From the human T2T-CHM13v2.0 reference genome, Homo sapiens, in NCBI RefSeq assembly GCF_009914755.1, contig NC_060946.1: DNA of 64,000 nt. One strand, 5' to 3'. Of this stretch, positions 14,911 through 32,702 are shown one piece after another. Positions within the stretch are counted from its first letter, which is position 1. Each line of letters begins with the position of its first letter. The position numbers and the translations under genes are program-made. The notes beneath the pieces were generated by a model. That model was not told the origin of the DNA and ran no database searches. It worked only from the letters and a program-made list of their open reading frames with translations.

Positions 14911-15007
14911 AAAAAAAATGTAATTTTTAGGATTATGGTAAATATGCATGGGATAGATGTAACCATTTTAATCATTTTTAATTGTAAAATTCAGTGGCAT
15001 TAGGCAG

Positions 15008-16192
<1,185 letters not shown>

Positions 16193-16335
16193 GCATAGTC
16201 ACATGGTTATGAAACCATCACTACCATCCATCATTCACAGAAACTTTTCATCTTCCCAAAGTAAAACTCTGTACCCATTAAATACTAACTCCCGATTCCC
16301 CCATTCCCAGTCCCTGGCAACCACCGTTCCACTTT

Positions 16336-17000
16336 TGTTACCGGCGGAAGGTATCTGAGTTACCGGCAGTGAATCCATTCGGGTCTGCAGCAACCTCAAT
16401 TCTTGTCTCCCCAGAAAAAAAAATTCAACTGAGGGGCATAAGGCAGAAAAGGACAACAGGCAAGCTTCAGAGCTGGAGTGGAAGTTTATTAAAAAGATTT
16501 TAGAATAGAAAAGAACACTTGGAAGAGATCCTAGTGGGCGACTTGAACAAGTTCCTTGCTTAACTGTAATCCTAGGACTTTATACGCCGGCATCTTGCAT
16601 CCCTTTCCTATGATTCTTCCCTTAGGGTGGGCTGCCCACATGTGCAGTGCGCTCCTTACCTTGGGAAGTGAGCATGTGCAGTGTGTTGGGGAAGATGTAC
16701 GCATGCCCGTTTGAGGCTGTCTTCCTTTTTCCAGTGGCGTGCCCCAGAAGGTCATCCTCTGCCATTTTTGTCTCTTACTGTGCATGCCCAGGAAGTTGTT
16801 TCTCCCTGACACTTGTGTTCAATTATCACTTTAGTACAATAGGTGTGGACATCAGGAAATGGCCTCTCCCTGGCACCAGCTGCCAGTTTATCACTTTTAG
16901 AGAGGCAATGTGACCACTGCTGAACCATCACCTGACATTCGTAGTGGGTGGGGGAGAGCCTCTCCTGCCGCCGCTCATGCCTGTCTAACTACCTATAACA
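16336..17000 (-). mobile_element. MER50-like ERV1 solo LTR
   Basis: TGTTA...TAACA termini; perfect 4-bp TSD CTTT at 16332-16335 and 17001-17004. Confidence 0.85.
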
Positions 17001-17145
17001 CTTTCTGCTCTATGAATTTGACTATTCTAGGGGACCTCATGTGAGTGAACCATACAATCTTTATTCTTTTGTGGTTGGCTTATTTTACTTAGCATAATTT
17101 TTTCCAGGTTCAATAACCAACTTATAGTATGTGTCAGAATTTCTT

Positions 17146-19540
17146 CATATATTTTGACAGTTTGTTAGTAGGTGTGTAAATGTTTACTGTTATATCTTCT
17201 TGCCGTATTGAACCTTTTATTAATATATATTGTCCTTTGTCTCTTGTAAACTTTTTTGATTAAAGTCTATTTTGTTTGATATTAGTATAGCTGTCTTATT
17301 CTCTGTTGATTACTATGTGCATGGAATATCTTTTTACATCCTTTCAATCTATTCGTGTTTTGGGATCTAATGTAAGTCTCTTATGGACAGTATACAGTTG
17401 GATCATGCTTGTTTTTGTTTATCCATTCTGCTCATCTCTTTTGATTGGAAAGTCTGATCTATTTTCATGTGGAGTAATACTGATAAAAAGGAACTTACTT
17501 TTGTCATTTTGCTTTTTGTTTTCTATATGCCTTATAATTTTATTTCCTTTATGTCCTGCATTACTTCGTGTTTACTTGATTTTTTTTCTAGTAAAACATT
17601 TGAATTCCTTTCTCATTTCCTTTGATGTATATTCTATAGCTATTTTTTGTGGTTATCATTGAGATTACATTTAACTCCTAAAATTATAATAGTCTAATTT
17701 GAATTTATACCAACTTAATGTCAATAACATAAGAATGTCTGATCCTATATATCTTTGTCCTTTACCATTTCAGTTATTGATGTCACATAATTATACCTTT
17801 AGACATTGTGTGTCCAAAGACATAGACTAATAATTTTTAATGTGTTATTCTTTTAAACCATGTAGAATATAAAAAGTGGAGTTACAACCCAAAGTTACAA
17901 TAAAACTAGCTTTTATAACTGTCCATGTATTTACCTTTACTGAGGTATTTATTTCTTTACTCAGCTTCAAGTTACTGTCCAGGGTTCATTCTTTTCATCT
18001 GGCAGTTGATCAGCAATTCTTACAGGGCAGATCTAGTGAAGGAACTTTCTCCATTATCTGGGAATGTCTTAATTTCTCTCTCATTTTGAGGGACAGTTTT
18101 GCCGTATATGGGATTCTTCACTGATGATTTTTTCCTCTAGCACTTGAAATATATAAACCCACTGCCTCTTGTTTCCAAGGTTTCTAATGAGAAATCTTCT
18201 ATTAATATTACTGGAAGTCTCTTGCGTGTGTTTAGTTGATTCTCTTTTGCTGTTTTTAAGATTCTCTCTTTGTCTATTGACAGTTTGATTATAATGTGCC
18301 TCAATATGATTCTCTCTGAGTTTATACTTCTTGAAGTTCATTGAGCTTCTTGGATGTTTAGATTCATATCTTCCATCAAATTTGAAAAGTTTTTGGCCAT
18401 TATTTCTTCATATAATTTCTCTCCCCATTTCACTCTCTTCTCCTTCTGGTAATCCCACAATATATATGTTAGTCTGCTTGGCAGTGACCCACAGGTCCCT
18501 TAGGATCTGCTCACATTTCTTCATTTGTTTTTCTTCTGTTCCTCAGACTCAATCACTCAAGTTGTCATATATTTAAGATTACTTATTTTTTTCTTCTGCC
18601 TGTTCACATTTGTTTTTGAATCACTCTAGATTTTTTTTTATTTTAGTTATTGTACTTTTCAGCTTTAGAATTTTCTTATCTTTGTCCATATCTTTTAACG
18701 CCAAGCATCTTTAAGACAGTCATTTAGTCTTTAGTAGATCTGCAACCAGGTCTTTTTCAGGGACAATATCTGTTGATTCATTTTTCCTTTGAATAAACCA
18801 TACTTTTCTGTTTCTTTTTGTATCTTATACTTTTTTTCTTTAAAGCTAGACCTTTGAATCTTATGCTGTGGTATTGTCAGAGGTCTGAATCCCCTGCTTT
18901 TCCAAGAATTGCTTTGAAAAACTGTTTTAAGGTGTGTCTGTTCTGAGCTTGTGAGTTTCCCTGGGCCTGCATAGTGATTTTCTGAATCCCCCTGTATATA
19001 CGATTGCCTTTGAATGTCCTAGTCCTGAGATTGCTGGCTCCCCAAAGGGGAAAACTAGGAAAATAAAGAAGAGTAATAAAAGGTACCCCTGTTTTAAATC
19101 CCCTGAAAGTTGTTTCAGCCAAAGGGGAAGAGGATCGCAACAATGCAGTGGGTGGGAGGGCTGTGCAACAATGGCTGCCCTCCTCTGTGTCTGCACCTCT
19201 GTGATCAGAACCAGCAATCAGCAATCAGAACAGAGATACCTCATATTTAAAGAACAGGATCCCTATTGCTCACCCTGACTCCCACAAGCTATATGCGAGC
19301 TACTTCAGGAACACATGCATGGATACCTGGCATAGGCATGGGGGTTGGAAGACGGGTATTTGCCATTAAGCTAGAGCTGAAACTGACCAAAATTAACTGC
19401 AATTTACTGTGCAAGTCTTACCCTGGAACTTGTAAGCCTTCAAATAGACTTCAGACTTCCAAAATACTTACACCAGACAGATTCTGCCAGTATAACTTGT
19501 GGTAAAGTGGATTCCTGGTGCTTCCACTTGGACATCTTTC
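17146..19540 (-). mobile_element. Old L1M 5' portion (5'UTR, decayed ORF1, start of ORF2)
   Basis: ORF1-region motifs (tttctaatgagaaatc, ttgacagtttgattataatgtgcc); frameshifted minus-strand ORF 18081-18341; 5'-end motif ccagacagattctgccagt. Confidence 0.8.
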
Positions 19541-19694
19541 AAGAATTCTCTTTCTTACTGTCTTTTATTTAGACAGTGGATTATATTGGTTCCTAGTACC
19601 TGGTGAAGTAAGACTGTCAATTTTTCTCTTATTCTTCATGACTGTGTTTGTTTGCCCTTTTTAATCCTTTGCATTTTTATATAAATAATAATTC

Positions 19695-19870
19695 TCCTCC
19701 TTGTTGTTTTTGTTGTTCTTCTTCCTCTTCTTCTCCTCCTCCTCTCCTCACTCCTCCTCCTCTTCTTCTCCTTTATCTCCTCTTCCTCCTTCCCCTCCTC
19801 TCTCCTTGACTCCCACTCCCTCTTCCCCTCCCCTCCCCCCTCCCCTCCCCCTCCTCTCCCCTCCCCACCC

Positions 19871-19904
<34 letters not shown>

Positions 19905-20054
19905 TCTTCTTCTTCTTCTTTTCTTCTTCTTCTTCTCTTCTTCTTCTTCTTCTTCTTCTTCTTCTTCCTTCTCCTTCTCCTCCTTCTCCTCCTCCTCCTT
20001 CTCCTTCTCTTTCTCCTTCTTCTTCTTCACCTTCTTTCTTTCTGTCTCTCTCTT

Positions 20055-20094
<40 letters not shown>
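19695..20094. repeat. Compound microsatellite: C-rich tract, (CTG)10, (TTC/CTC)n, (AC)16
   Basis: (CTG)10 at 19873-19902; TTC runs at about 19905-20030; (AC)16 at 20063-20094. Confidence 0.97.
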
Positions 20095-20098
<4 letters not shown>

Positions 20099-21019
20099 GA
20101 TATTTTGATTAGAGTTACATGGAATCTCTAGATAAAGTTGGGGAAAACTAATATCTTTAGAGTGTTGTGTCTTTATAGATACATTTATTTAGGTCTGCTT
20201 TGAAATATTTGTCAATAATAATACTAGTTTTTTATGTAGAGTTTATGTAAATAGTTTATTTCCTAGGTGTTAGATTTTATGTTCTGGTATTATTTTAAAT
20301 GATAACTTTTTAAAAAATTTCTAATTATTGTTGCAGAGATAAAAACATAATTTATTTGGTATTTTGACTTAAAATTAAGGAATTCTGCCATGGTCCCTTA
20401 TTAATTCTAATAATATAAATTTTTCAGTTATTTATTTTGGATTTTCTTATATAATTAAGACATTTTTAATTTTTCCATTCCAATTGTTATGCATTTACTT
20501 ACTTCTTTCTTTAGTATAGAAAAAAGCAGAAATCCTTTTCTCTTTCCTGATCTCAGAATAAATTTTGCAATATTTTCTCAAAAAGTATGATGCTTGCTAT
20601 GTGACTTTTCTTTTTAAAATACATTCTTTTTCAGAGTGAGGGGAAAGTTTAATTCCATTCTTAGTTAGGTACTAGTTGTGTCATGTATGAATGTTAATAT
20701 TTATGCTTTGTACTTTTTGTACCCTGTGGTGTTATATCATCTTTAAGTATTCTGAAGAATTTACCATGAAGCCATTGAAATTTGTATACATGTGTGTGAG
20801 ACTTCTAAAACTATGGATTAAAACTGTCTAATACATAAATGACTAGACTTGGTATTCATTTTTGTGTAACTTTTGGGATGTTATGTTTTCCAAGGAATTT
20901 GTACATTTCATTTAAAGTTTCAGAATTTTTTGGCATAAAGTAATTCAAAATATCTTATTGTTCTTTTAAGACCTATCTAATCTGTAGTTGTGTTTCCTTT
21001 TTTTAAAAATTAAAAAAAA

Positions 21020-21149
21020 TAATTTTTAGGTAAGAGATGTAGCCTCACTATGTTGCCCTGACAGCTTTCAAACTCCTGGGCTCAAGCAGTCCTCCCCACT
21101 CGGTCTCCCAAAGTATTTCAGTTTCAGGCATGAGCCACCATGCACAGCC
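21020..21149 (-). mobile_element. FLAM/AluJ left monomer
   Basis: gcctcactatgttgccc...aactcctgggctcaagcagtcctccc...tgagccaccatgcacagcc. Confidence 0.9.
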
Positions 21150-21533
21150 TGAGTCTCCATTTTATTTGAATATTTTTTATTCTTGCTTATATCATGACAT
21201 CTTCCAATTGAGTTTTAATTCTATTAGTGTTGTGAAATGTTCCTCCTTATTCTCTAGTAATACTTCTTATTTTTTTCTAGTAATACTTCTTATCTTAAAT
21301 TCCATTTTGTCTAATGATACCTATACCAGCTTTCTATTAGTTAATGTTTGTGTGGTATATATTTTCCCAATATATTTTATGCAATCTGTGTGTGTATTTA
21401 TCTTTAACATGTGTCTTTCTTAGGTAGCATATATTTGAATTTTCCTTTATCATTCAGTTCGACAATTGTACTCTTTATTTGAAAAACACAGTCCCATTAC
21501 ATTTAATGTAATCTGATATATTTGAAAATTTAA

Positions 21534-21916
<383 letters not shown>

Positions 21917-22699
21917 TTTTCACATTCTTTTCAACGTGTGACAGTGATAATCAGATAATCATCATGTTTCCTATTCTTACCTCTATTCGCTTTTAGTTAT
22001 ACATTCCTTCTTATCCTTTTGTTAGTTACATGGGGGCTCAATGCACTAGAGAGGCTATCTTAAATGTACACTTTTACCGTTTCCTTGTCAATACGAAGAC
22101 CTAGCATGACTTGGTCTGCCAACAAAAGTATATTCACATATGAGAACAATTCATTACATTATCAGGCATCTTTTCTCAGCTTCCCTGTTCCTTTCTGTGG
22201 TTTACAGATGAGGCTTCAGGCTTGACCAAATCTGACCGGCTGGCTGCCGGAGACACTGCTACCCATCGGCCCTTAATAAATGGCCTCATTTGATCATCAT
22301 GTGATCTTCAGAAGCTGGGCTTGATTATCCTTGCCAAACAAAATGCTGAAACCAAAAATCTGAAAGGTATTTCTTGCTAAGTAAGGGAGAGCTGTGCTTG
22401 TAGAGTGTGGTCACCCTGAACAGCGCAAACTGCTTGTGGAGCTCCAAGACTGGCAGACTTGGGAGGGGGAGCATTTAGGGATTGGATGACTTTGGCCGTG
22501 GACTCGGGGTTGGGACAGTGAGGCTGCCACTGAATGGCTGTCACTCAGAAATGTAGTTACTGATAAAAAGTTGACTCAATTTGTCAGGGCAGGCTTAAAA
22601 TCAGTTTTGGTAGTTACTTTTTGTCATGGCTGAAGAGCAATCCTCTGTCTTCTTGAATTTGGACCTTTATTTGGACTTGAGTTTGGAAAAACTAAGAAA

Positions 22700-22830
22700 T
22701 TTTTGTTCTCATTTTCATTACATGCTTGAGAAAACTGAGGCTCAGACAGGCGAGTAAGTTTCCCAGGGTCACGCATTTACCGGCTGGCATATTAAAGTTT
22801 TGAACAAAGTCCACGCTTTTCTTACACACT
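22700..22830. mobile_element. MIR fragment
   Basis: gagaaaactgaggctcagacagg...gtttcccagggtcac core. Confidence 0.7.
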
Positions 22831-23844
22831 ATTGTCATTAGTATTAGTTTTAGTAGTAATCGTAGCTGTACTTCTGGTTCATAGGTTCATAGAGAGTTGT
22901 TAATCCTACTCCTCACTGATAATCCATTCTCGCCATCATGCCCTACAAGACCTCTGGTTGTTTAATTCCATTTCTCCTTCATGCTGGATCCCATCTCCCA
23001 TCCCCTCTCCACCCCTCCGACAGAGTCACTCTTTCTAATGTCTTTTTATCTGTACCTAAATATTTGTGTAGCTTTGAAAAATCTAATTTGTCAAGGGTTA
23101 TGTGTTCATTTTACATTTCCATACATGTTATTGTGCAATATATAGATCTCATTTGTTTCCTAATTTTTTTCACTCACCACTGTTGTGAAAACACACTGAC
23201 ATTTCTGTATGACCCTCTTCTGACCTTTGCTTCACAGCGTGCATCTACCATACCTTAACCTACCCTGTTCCTCTTGTCATGGACCCCTGGATTGCCTCTG
23301 GCTCCCCCCAACACACACCTTACTGCAACATCCACACACTGGGGTCTTTATGGATTTCCCTGGGTTTTCACTTAGGAGTGGGATTGCTGGATCCTAGGAG
23401 ACACCCGTTAATTCTGCTTGGCACAGACAGTTTGCTCTGTGTGGCAGGCCATATTCCCATCAGCAGTGCGTGAGGGGTTCATTCTGCCACATCCTCACCA
23501 GCATTTTTATACTCCTTGAAAGTTTTGTCAGTTAGATGAATGGGTGCAAAATGTAATCTTAACATTGATTTAACCTGCATTTCTGTGTTTGCCAAGGAAG
23601 TTGTGCGTCTCTTCATTACTTAGCAGCCATTCAAGTTTCCCTTTCTGTGAAGCTCTTATTCATATACCTTAGCCAATTTGATAGTCCATTGTTTTTATTT
23701 TGTTGGATTTCACTATTTCCTTGCATGTTCTAGATGCCAATATCTTGTTGATTTTAAAAGATGTAGTCATTCTCCCCCCAATCTGTCACTTGTTTACTTT
23801 AATGATGCCTTTTTATCTCAAACCCAAATTTTTAATGTTGCTAT

Positions 23845-24994
<1,150 letters not shown>

Positions 24995-27900
24995 CTGTGG
25001 TAAAATCCAGTTTTTTTCACCTTAGATTTTGTACATTTGAGGTATGACATAAAGTGCATATTCAGTTCAAGATTAAAAGTTTTCTCCAATAGTCTTCTGT
25101 TAGCTTTATTTTTATTCCTTTTCATTTGAGTTTTTAATCAATCTAGAGATCATTTTACTTAGGATGTAAGGAAGAGTTCCAATTTTAGTTTTACCCATCA
25201 GGCAAGCCAGTGGTACCCAAAGCCATGTATTAAAAAAGTCTATTCTTGTCTCACTGATGTGTGTCACTTCTGTCATAAAACAGATCCTTAAACACACATG
25301 GGTTTGGTGTTGAGCTTTCTGTTTTGTTCCACTTATGAATTTAATATTTCTATACCAAAACTGCACTTTTTTTTAAGTAGTATTTTGTGGAATTTTTTCA
25401 TATCTTGTAGGTCAGGTCCCTTTTATTCTCTTTTTCTGAAATTGTTTATTTTTTAAAGAATTTTATTTTTTCATGTAAATGTCAGAATAAGATTGTTGAA
25501 GTCTTCAAAAATCGCTCCTAAAATTTTTTTTTTTTATCAGAATCTCATTTAAGTATGGCTTTTGTGGAGAACTGCCATTTCTTCAAATGTTAAACTAGTC
25601 CATTATGGGATATGGTATATTTTCTCTTTATTCTAATCTTTCTTTATATCCTTTAATGAATTTTAAAACTTTCTCTATAAAGAATCATGAATTCTTTGTT
25701 AGATTTATTCTTAGATATATTTAAGTTTTTCTTGTTATTGTAAATGTTATATTGTTTTATTATTATATGTTTTAGTTAGAAATTACCAGTGTGAGGAAAC
25801 ATCATGGTATGGTTGAAATCACACCTCTTAATTTTTGTAGAACTCTTAATTCCAATATTGCGTGCATTGATTCTGATGCATTTTCTATTTAGGTGATCAT
25901 GCCATCTGCAAATAAGGATAGCCTTGACTTGTCTTAATATATTCTTCTACCTCTTGTTGATCTTTCTCTTGATGAGTCCATTGGACAGCTTTACCAGTAG
26001 CAATAAGATTGCGTTTTTCTTGTTTCCAGTCTTAAAGGAGCCATGCCTCAAGTCCATCCTCTGAATATGGTATTCGTCAAAGACAAGCATAGTTATTTAT
26101 CAGATAAAGAACATTCTCCTTTAGTTACAGTATTCTGGGAATACTGTATGTAATAATAATAATGTAAATAATTTTATTTAAAAACAAGTTGGATATTTAC
26201 AAGTGCATTTTTTTTTGCTTCTACTGACCTAGTCAATATTTTTTCTTTCTTCATCTTAGTATCTTAAAGTGGTGAATTAAATTCATAGGCTTTCTGATGT
26301 TAAAACTTTTTTTCATTCCTTTGATGAACTCTATTTATAATGATATTATTATTATTTTCAGACAACATTAAAGTCAATTAGCAAATATGTAAGTAAGACT
26401 TCATAAGTGAAAAGAGCCTATACTTTGCATTTTGAAGTTTTTTTTTTTTTTTTTTTTTTTTTAAACCAGCTTTGGAATCAAGCAAACAATTTTATAATTA
26501 ACAGAAGGTCTCTGTCTCTGTCTGTCTCTCTCTCTTTCTCTCTCATTGTTTGGAACAACTTGTGATTTGTGTAAGACATAGATTCTTTCTTGTTTAAAAG
26601 TTTGATGTAACTTTTTTGTGGAATGTTCTTGGCCTGATTTTTTATTGCCTTTTTTTTTCCCTCTTGGGGGAGGCTTTAATTACCATTATGAATTTTAAAT
26701 GAAAATCTATTTATCCTTGCTCCAATTTGGAATATTATACTTTTCCAACAATGTGTCCATGTTGCCTGTGTTTTCAAATTGATGTCTTTATAAAAAAGAT
26801 TTTACATTGTTTTTGCAGTTATTTCCTCTTTTGGATTCTGTTTTGTAAATTTGCATCTTCCCCTTATTGTATTGACTAGATTTGCCAGAGCTTTTTGTAT
26901 ATTGTATTAATATTTTAAAGAAATTGCTTTTGGTTTTGTTAATCTTCCCTATTTCATTGATTTATGTTCTTATCTATTTTATTTTCTTCTTGTTTGTCCC
27001 CTTTGGGTTGCTTCTGTTTCTTGTTTGTTTTCTGCTTGGATTGAATACTTAGCTCATTTTTTCTTACTTTCTGATAAATACATTTAAACATATGGAGCTA
27101 TCACTACAGTGTGGCTCCATTATTTTGTAATTCTCTTATGTTTTACTTTGTATCTTAAAGTCCTTTTAGCAGAATGACATTTTAGTTTTTGAACATATGG
27201 TATATTATTTATTTTTAATCATTTTTGTTACTGGTTTCTAATCTCACTGCTTTGTGCTCAGGGAACATACTAAGCTGGGTGGATTGTTTGGGCTCATTGT
27301 AGCTTCCAACCTCGTCCATCATCCGTGGTTGTGAAAGCTTCGCTCCACACACACATATATTTTGCTCTGGGATTTTTATTAATCTTGTCAATCAAATTTT
27401 ATATGCATTTATGCTTTTTTGTTTTGATTTTTTTTTTGTCCCTCTAACCTACCAGTCTCTAATAGGGCTTTGTGAAAATCTTGGGCAATAAATTTTGTTG
27501 TCTCTATGTTCTCTTGTAATGCTGTCAGTTGTTATTTTATATATTGTGATGAGCTATTTTAAAGGGCATATTTATTCATAACTACTATCTTCTTGATCTA
27601 GCACACTGTTTTGGCAGTATATAACATTGCTTTTTGGCATCATAATGTTTTTCATCTTAAAACCCATTTAGCCCAATACTAAAAAGTCTTACCTTGTATT
27701 TGAAAAAAATTCTTATTGAAACAACCTTTGGAAACTACACACATACTTTCCTTTTAATTATTTCATGTATTAATTTATGTAAGTTTTCATATCCATTTTT
27801 ACTTCTCATTATGAATCAATAAATTGGTTTTCTGAATTTAACTCTTGGACTAGAGATTCTGCTCTTTGTGTGCCGAGAATTAGTTTGCAGAGACCCAGGT

Positions 27901-28069
27901 CTGCAGCCATCATGAGGACTCAACTTCGCCACACCTCACGGAAGAGCCCCCTGTCTTCTCCCCAGTGCTGTGTGATGCAGATTCCTTTTACAGCCTGCCT
28001 GCCTGCCTCCCTCCCTCCCTCTCTCTTTCCCTTTTTCCTTCCTTCCTTCTTTGAATGTTACTTTTTTCC

Positions 28070-28985
28070 TTCTCTGAATTGTAATACAGACATATGGTAA
28101 ATGGCATAAACATGGCACACGTTGATAAGTAAGGAAAAGGAGACTCCCCTGTAAGTGCTCATGACCTCAACACCAGGTCATGAAATGGAATATTACCAGC
28201 AGCCTGGGGTTCCCTGTGTGCCCCCAGCTGTCTGCAGTCATTTCTGTCTCACTTGCCTCTAGGTAACAACTATTGTCACCTTAGACTCATTTTCTTGCGT
28301 TTCTTTATGGTTTTAGCTTTGGACATTCAGTTCTGCCTGTGCTGTTTCATGCAATGAAATCATAGGTGAGTCTCACATGAGTGGAATTGTATCTGTCTTG
28401 TTTCACTCAACATTATGTTTTGATGTTTTGGGGTTTCATCCATATTTTTGGATGCACCTGTACTTTACTCATTTTTGCACAGTCTGGGAGTTTGTTGTAT
28501 GGCTATACAACCATTTAATTTTCCACTGTTCAGTCGATGGACACTGGAGTTGGTTTCTAGTTTGGGGCAATTACAGGCCAGGTTGCTAGGAAGGGTTTCA
28601 CACTTGTGTCCTAGTGGGTGTGCCAGTGAGTTTGCCTAGAGTTTGTACTTAGTCGTGAATTGCTGGGTAGGAGCTATTACCTGCAACTTGACTAGATAAT
28701 ATCAAATATGTCCAAAGTTGACATTCCAATGAGATCTCCAGGGTTTGTGAGCTGTTATTGTTCCGCGACCACACTGATATTCATATTTCCAGTTGTTTAC
28801 TAAAGGGCTAATAAGTTATAAATACATTCATTTGCTTTTCAGTCTAGTGGGCACGTGTTGCCATGACTTTATTTTGCCTTCCCCTGATTAGTTTGTTAGT
28901 CATTTTTATCCTCTCTTTCTAAGTATCTGTTCCTATATTTTTGTCTACCTTTTGGGGTTGCTTGTCTTTTTATTGATTTGTGTGA
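28070..28985 (-). mobile_element. Old L1ME 3' end fragment
   Basis: Degenerate 3'UTR motifs (tttcactcaacattatgtttt, gatggacactggagttggtttctagttt). Confidence 0.7.
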
Positions 28986-29002
28986 GTTAAAAAAAAAAAT
29001 GC

Positions 29003-30087
<1,085 letters not shown>

Positions 30088-30998
30088 TTATGTCTGAGAA
30101 AATCTTATCTTACCCTAGTATTAAATAATATGTTAGCTTGATATAACAATCTGGGCACAATTCTTTTCTTAATATTTAAAAATTATTGTTATGCTATTGC
30201 TTGGCTTCCATTGTTGACAATTGTGATACCAACTCGATTCTTATTTATATTTATTGCTATTTTTTTCCTGATAACTTTTAGATTTTTTCCTTATTTCTCA
30301 TGTTTTAAAAATTTCTTTTACCTTTATCTAGTTTTGCTTTTTTCTTTCTTTTTTTGGACCCTTTGAGTCTTTTAAATTCAAGGTCTTGCATTTCCTTTAT
30401 TTCTTGCTAATTGTTGGTCATCAATTTTTAAGGCATCCTCTAATCTCTGTTCATTTCTCTGCCCTTCTGGCAATTCTGTTGCATGCACTTGGCACTTCCC
30501 TCCTCCAGCGTCCCTCCTTGCATTTTCTGTCTCTCCATTTCCCCTTCATGCTTCCTGGCGCTAGCCCGCTAGCCCGGTCTTGCTCTTTCACATACTGATA
30601 TGTCCTCAGTTGTATCCATTCTGTTACTCAACTCATCCACTCGGTTTTAAATACCAACTAGTATGTCTTTCAAATGTATCATCTCCAGTGTAGTCTTCTT
30701 TATAACTTACTTCAGCTCCATGTCTTCGTCTTTTCTTTTCTCTTTTATAACATCTTTCATTTCTACTTTGATATAGTTTTGTTTAAAACATGATGATAGC
30801 CCCTAAATGCCATGATTTTGCATTGTGAGTGAGCTAAGAATCCCTGAGGACATTAAGCATTGTGGCCAGGGATGCTTCCCTGGGGATGTGATGGCTGCTT
30901 GGCCTGGCTTTTGGCTTTCCTTCTGGGTTGTGCATGGAGGAGAGATGCCTCAGGAAGGAGTCTCCAGTGCTAGTCTATGTAACTCTCCCTTGCACTGC

Positions 30999-31293
30999 TT
31001 TTTTTTTTTTTTACACAGCATTTAGCTCTTGTTGCCCAGGTGGGAGTGCAATGGCGCCATCTCAGCTCACCGCAACCTCCACCTCTCGGGTTCAAGTAAT
31101 TCTTCTGCCTCAGCCTCCTGAGTAGCTGGGACTACAGGCACATGCCACCACGCCTGGCTAATTTTGTATTTTTACTAGAGACGGGGTTTCTCCATGTTGG
31201 TCAGGCTGGTCTCAAACTCCCGACCTCAGGTGATCCACCTGCCTCGGCCTCCCAAAGTGCTGGGATCATAGGCATGAGCCACTGCGTCCAGCC
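30999..31293 (-). mobile_element. AluSp/Sq-like
   Basis: Full dimer; TSD TGCACTGCTTTTT. Confidence 0.96.
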
Positions 31294-32586
31294 TGCACTG
31301 CTTTTTAAAAAAGTTTTTCATCTTACTCTTAGTGTTAATCATCTCATCTTCCAGATCTGGGGGTGGTGGGGCAGAGGAGAAGGACCCTGGGGTTGGCAGG
31401 TCCATCAGATCTGGGGTTCACTCCTGGGGTCTCCATGGGGCCTGCAATGAATAGCACTCTTCTTTTCCCTGCCCGTGGCCCCCAGGCCTAGACATGTGAG
31501 AAAGGGTAAAGATGGAGACCAAAACTTTGCCTTCATGTTAGAGGCTTATTTAGAGGCCAGAGCTCTAAAGAGACCTGCAAGCTGAACCCATGAGAAGGGG
31601 GTGGACCTTCTCCCTTGCGGCCTCCAGGGGCCAGCCCTGTCCCAGGGAGGAGGGGCACAGCTGAGCCCGGCAGGCCCAGCTACTTTCCAGCGCAGAGTGA
31701 GTGGAAGGTGGGAGAGGCTGGGAGTGTGGGAACTGGGACGGGGAATGCATTCAGCTCTTCAGCGTGCTCCCGTGCACATCTGGCTGAAAGCAGCCCCCAT
31801 GTCACCGGGACCCAGCCTCTGCTGAGATGATAGCAGCTGCATTTCTCTCTCGTAGGCCTTTGTCTGGCATTGGCTGACTCAGCACAACATAGGAAGAAAG
31901 AGGAAGAAAGGGTGCTCCCCTCTCTGCTCGCTTACCCCGCTGAAAACCCTCACTTTTCTCCACTGTGGGCAGTTGTATTTTCCACCCTAGGAAGCAGACA
32001 CCTTTTGCCACCTCAGGGCCCCTCAGGGCCTGTGTGCGGTCACCCAGCATAGCCCCCACCTCTCTCTGGCTGCTATGGTGCTTACAGGGCTTGGCTCAGG
32101 GAAGGTTGTCGGCAGTCCTGGGCCACTTTGCCATGTGTTGGAAATCAGAACCTTCCATGTTCCTTTCATAGCTGGAGCTGATTTTCCCAGTGGCGTGCAC
32201 AGCTCCCGGCCTGGGCTGTGTCGTCTTGGGGAGGTGGAATTTGCTACCTCTAAGGTGGAGCAGTAGTTAGTGTTCCTGGAACAATCGTAGAAGTAAGCAG
32301 GCCAGAGGTGAATGAAACGTGGGGACATTAGCACAGGGGGCTGGGGCACACTGCATGGGTGGGAAGGGGTGTCCCTTACATCAGGGGCATGGACTGTCTA
32401 GAGAGACACCATTTGTCCTTCAACTCCAGGTGGTGTTTCAAATCCTGCTGGTGTCCAGAGGCCTGGACTCTGTCCCCATCCTATAAGGATTTCTGTGACT
32501 GCTGCCGTGGGACTGGCATCACATTCTCATTGAGGGGACATGCTTTCCTTGGTTCTAATCCTGAGTCTAAGAATGTGAGGTTTGCC

Positions 32587-32702
32587 TAGGCAGTGTCACT
32601 GTCCTAATCAGCAACAATTGTCTCTTAGGCAATGTCATCATCCTGACCAGAAACAATTGTCCCTTAGGCAATGCCATTGTCCTCACCACAACAATTGCCC
32701 CT
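32587..32702. repeat. Degenerate 39-bp tandem repeat x3
   Basis: taggcartgycayyrtcctnaycag.aacaattgyc.ct repeated three times. Confidence 0.85.

Noticed and set aside
19636-20108. Poly-Q/E/R/A/S/F ORFs
   Set aside because: Translations of simple repeats open in several frames on both strands
22332-22626. Possible short LTR fragment with TG...CA ends
   Set aside because: No TSD or family motif that I can support
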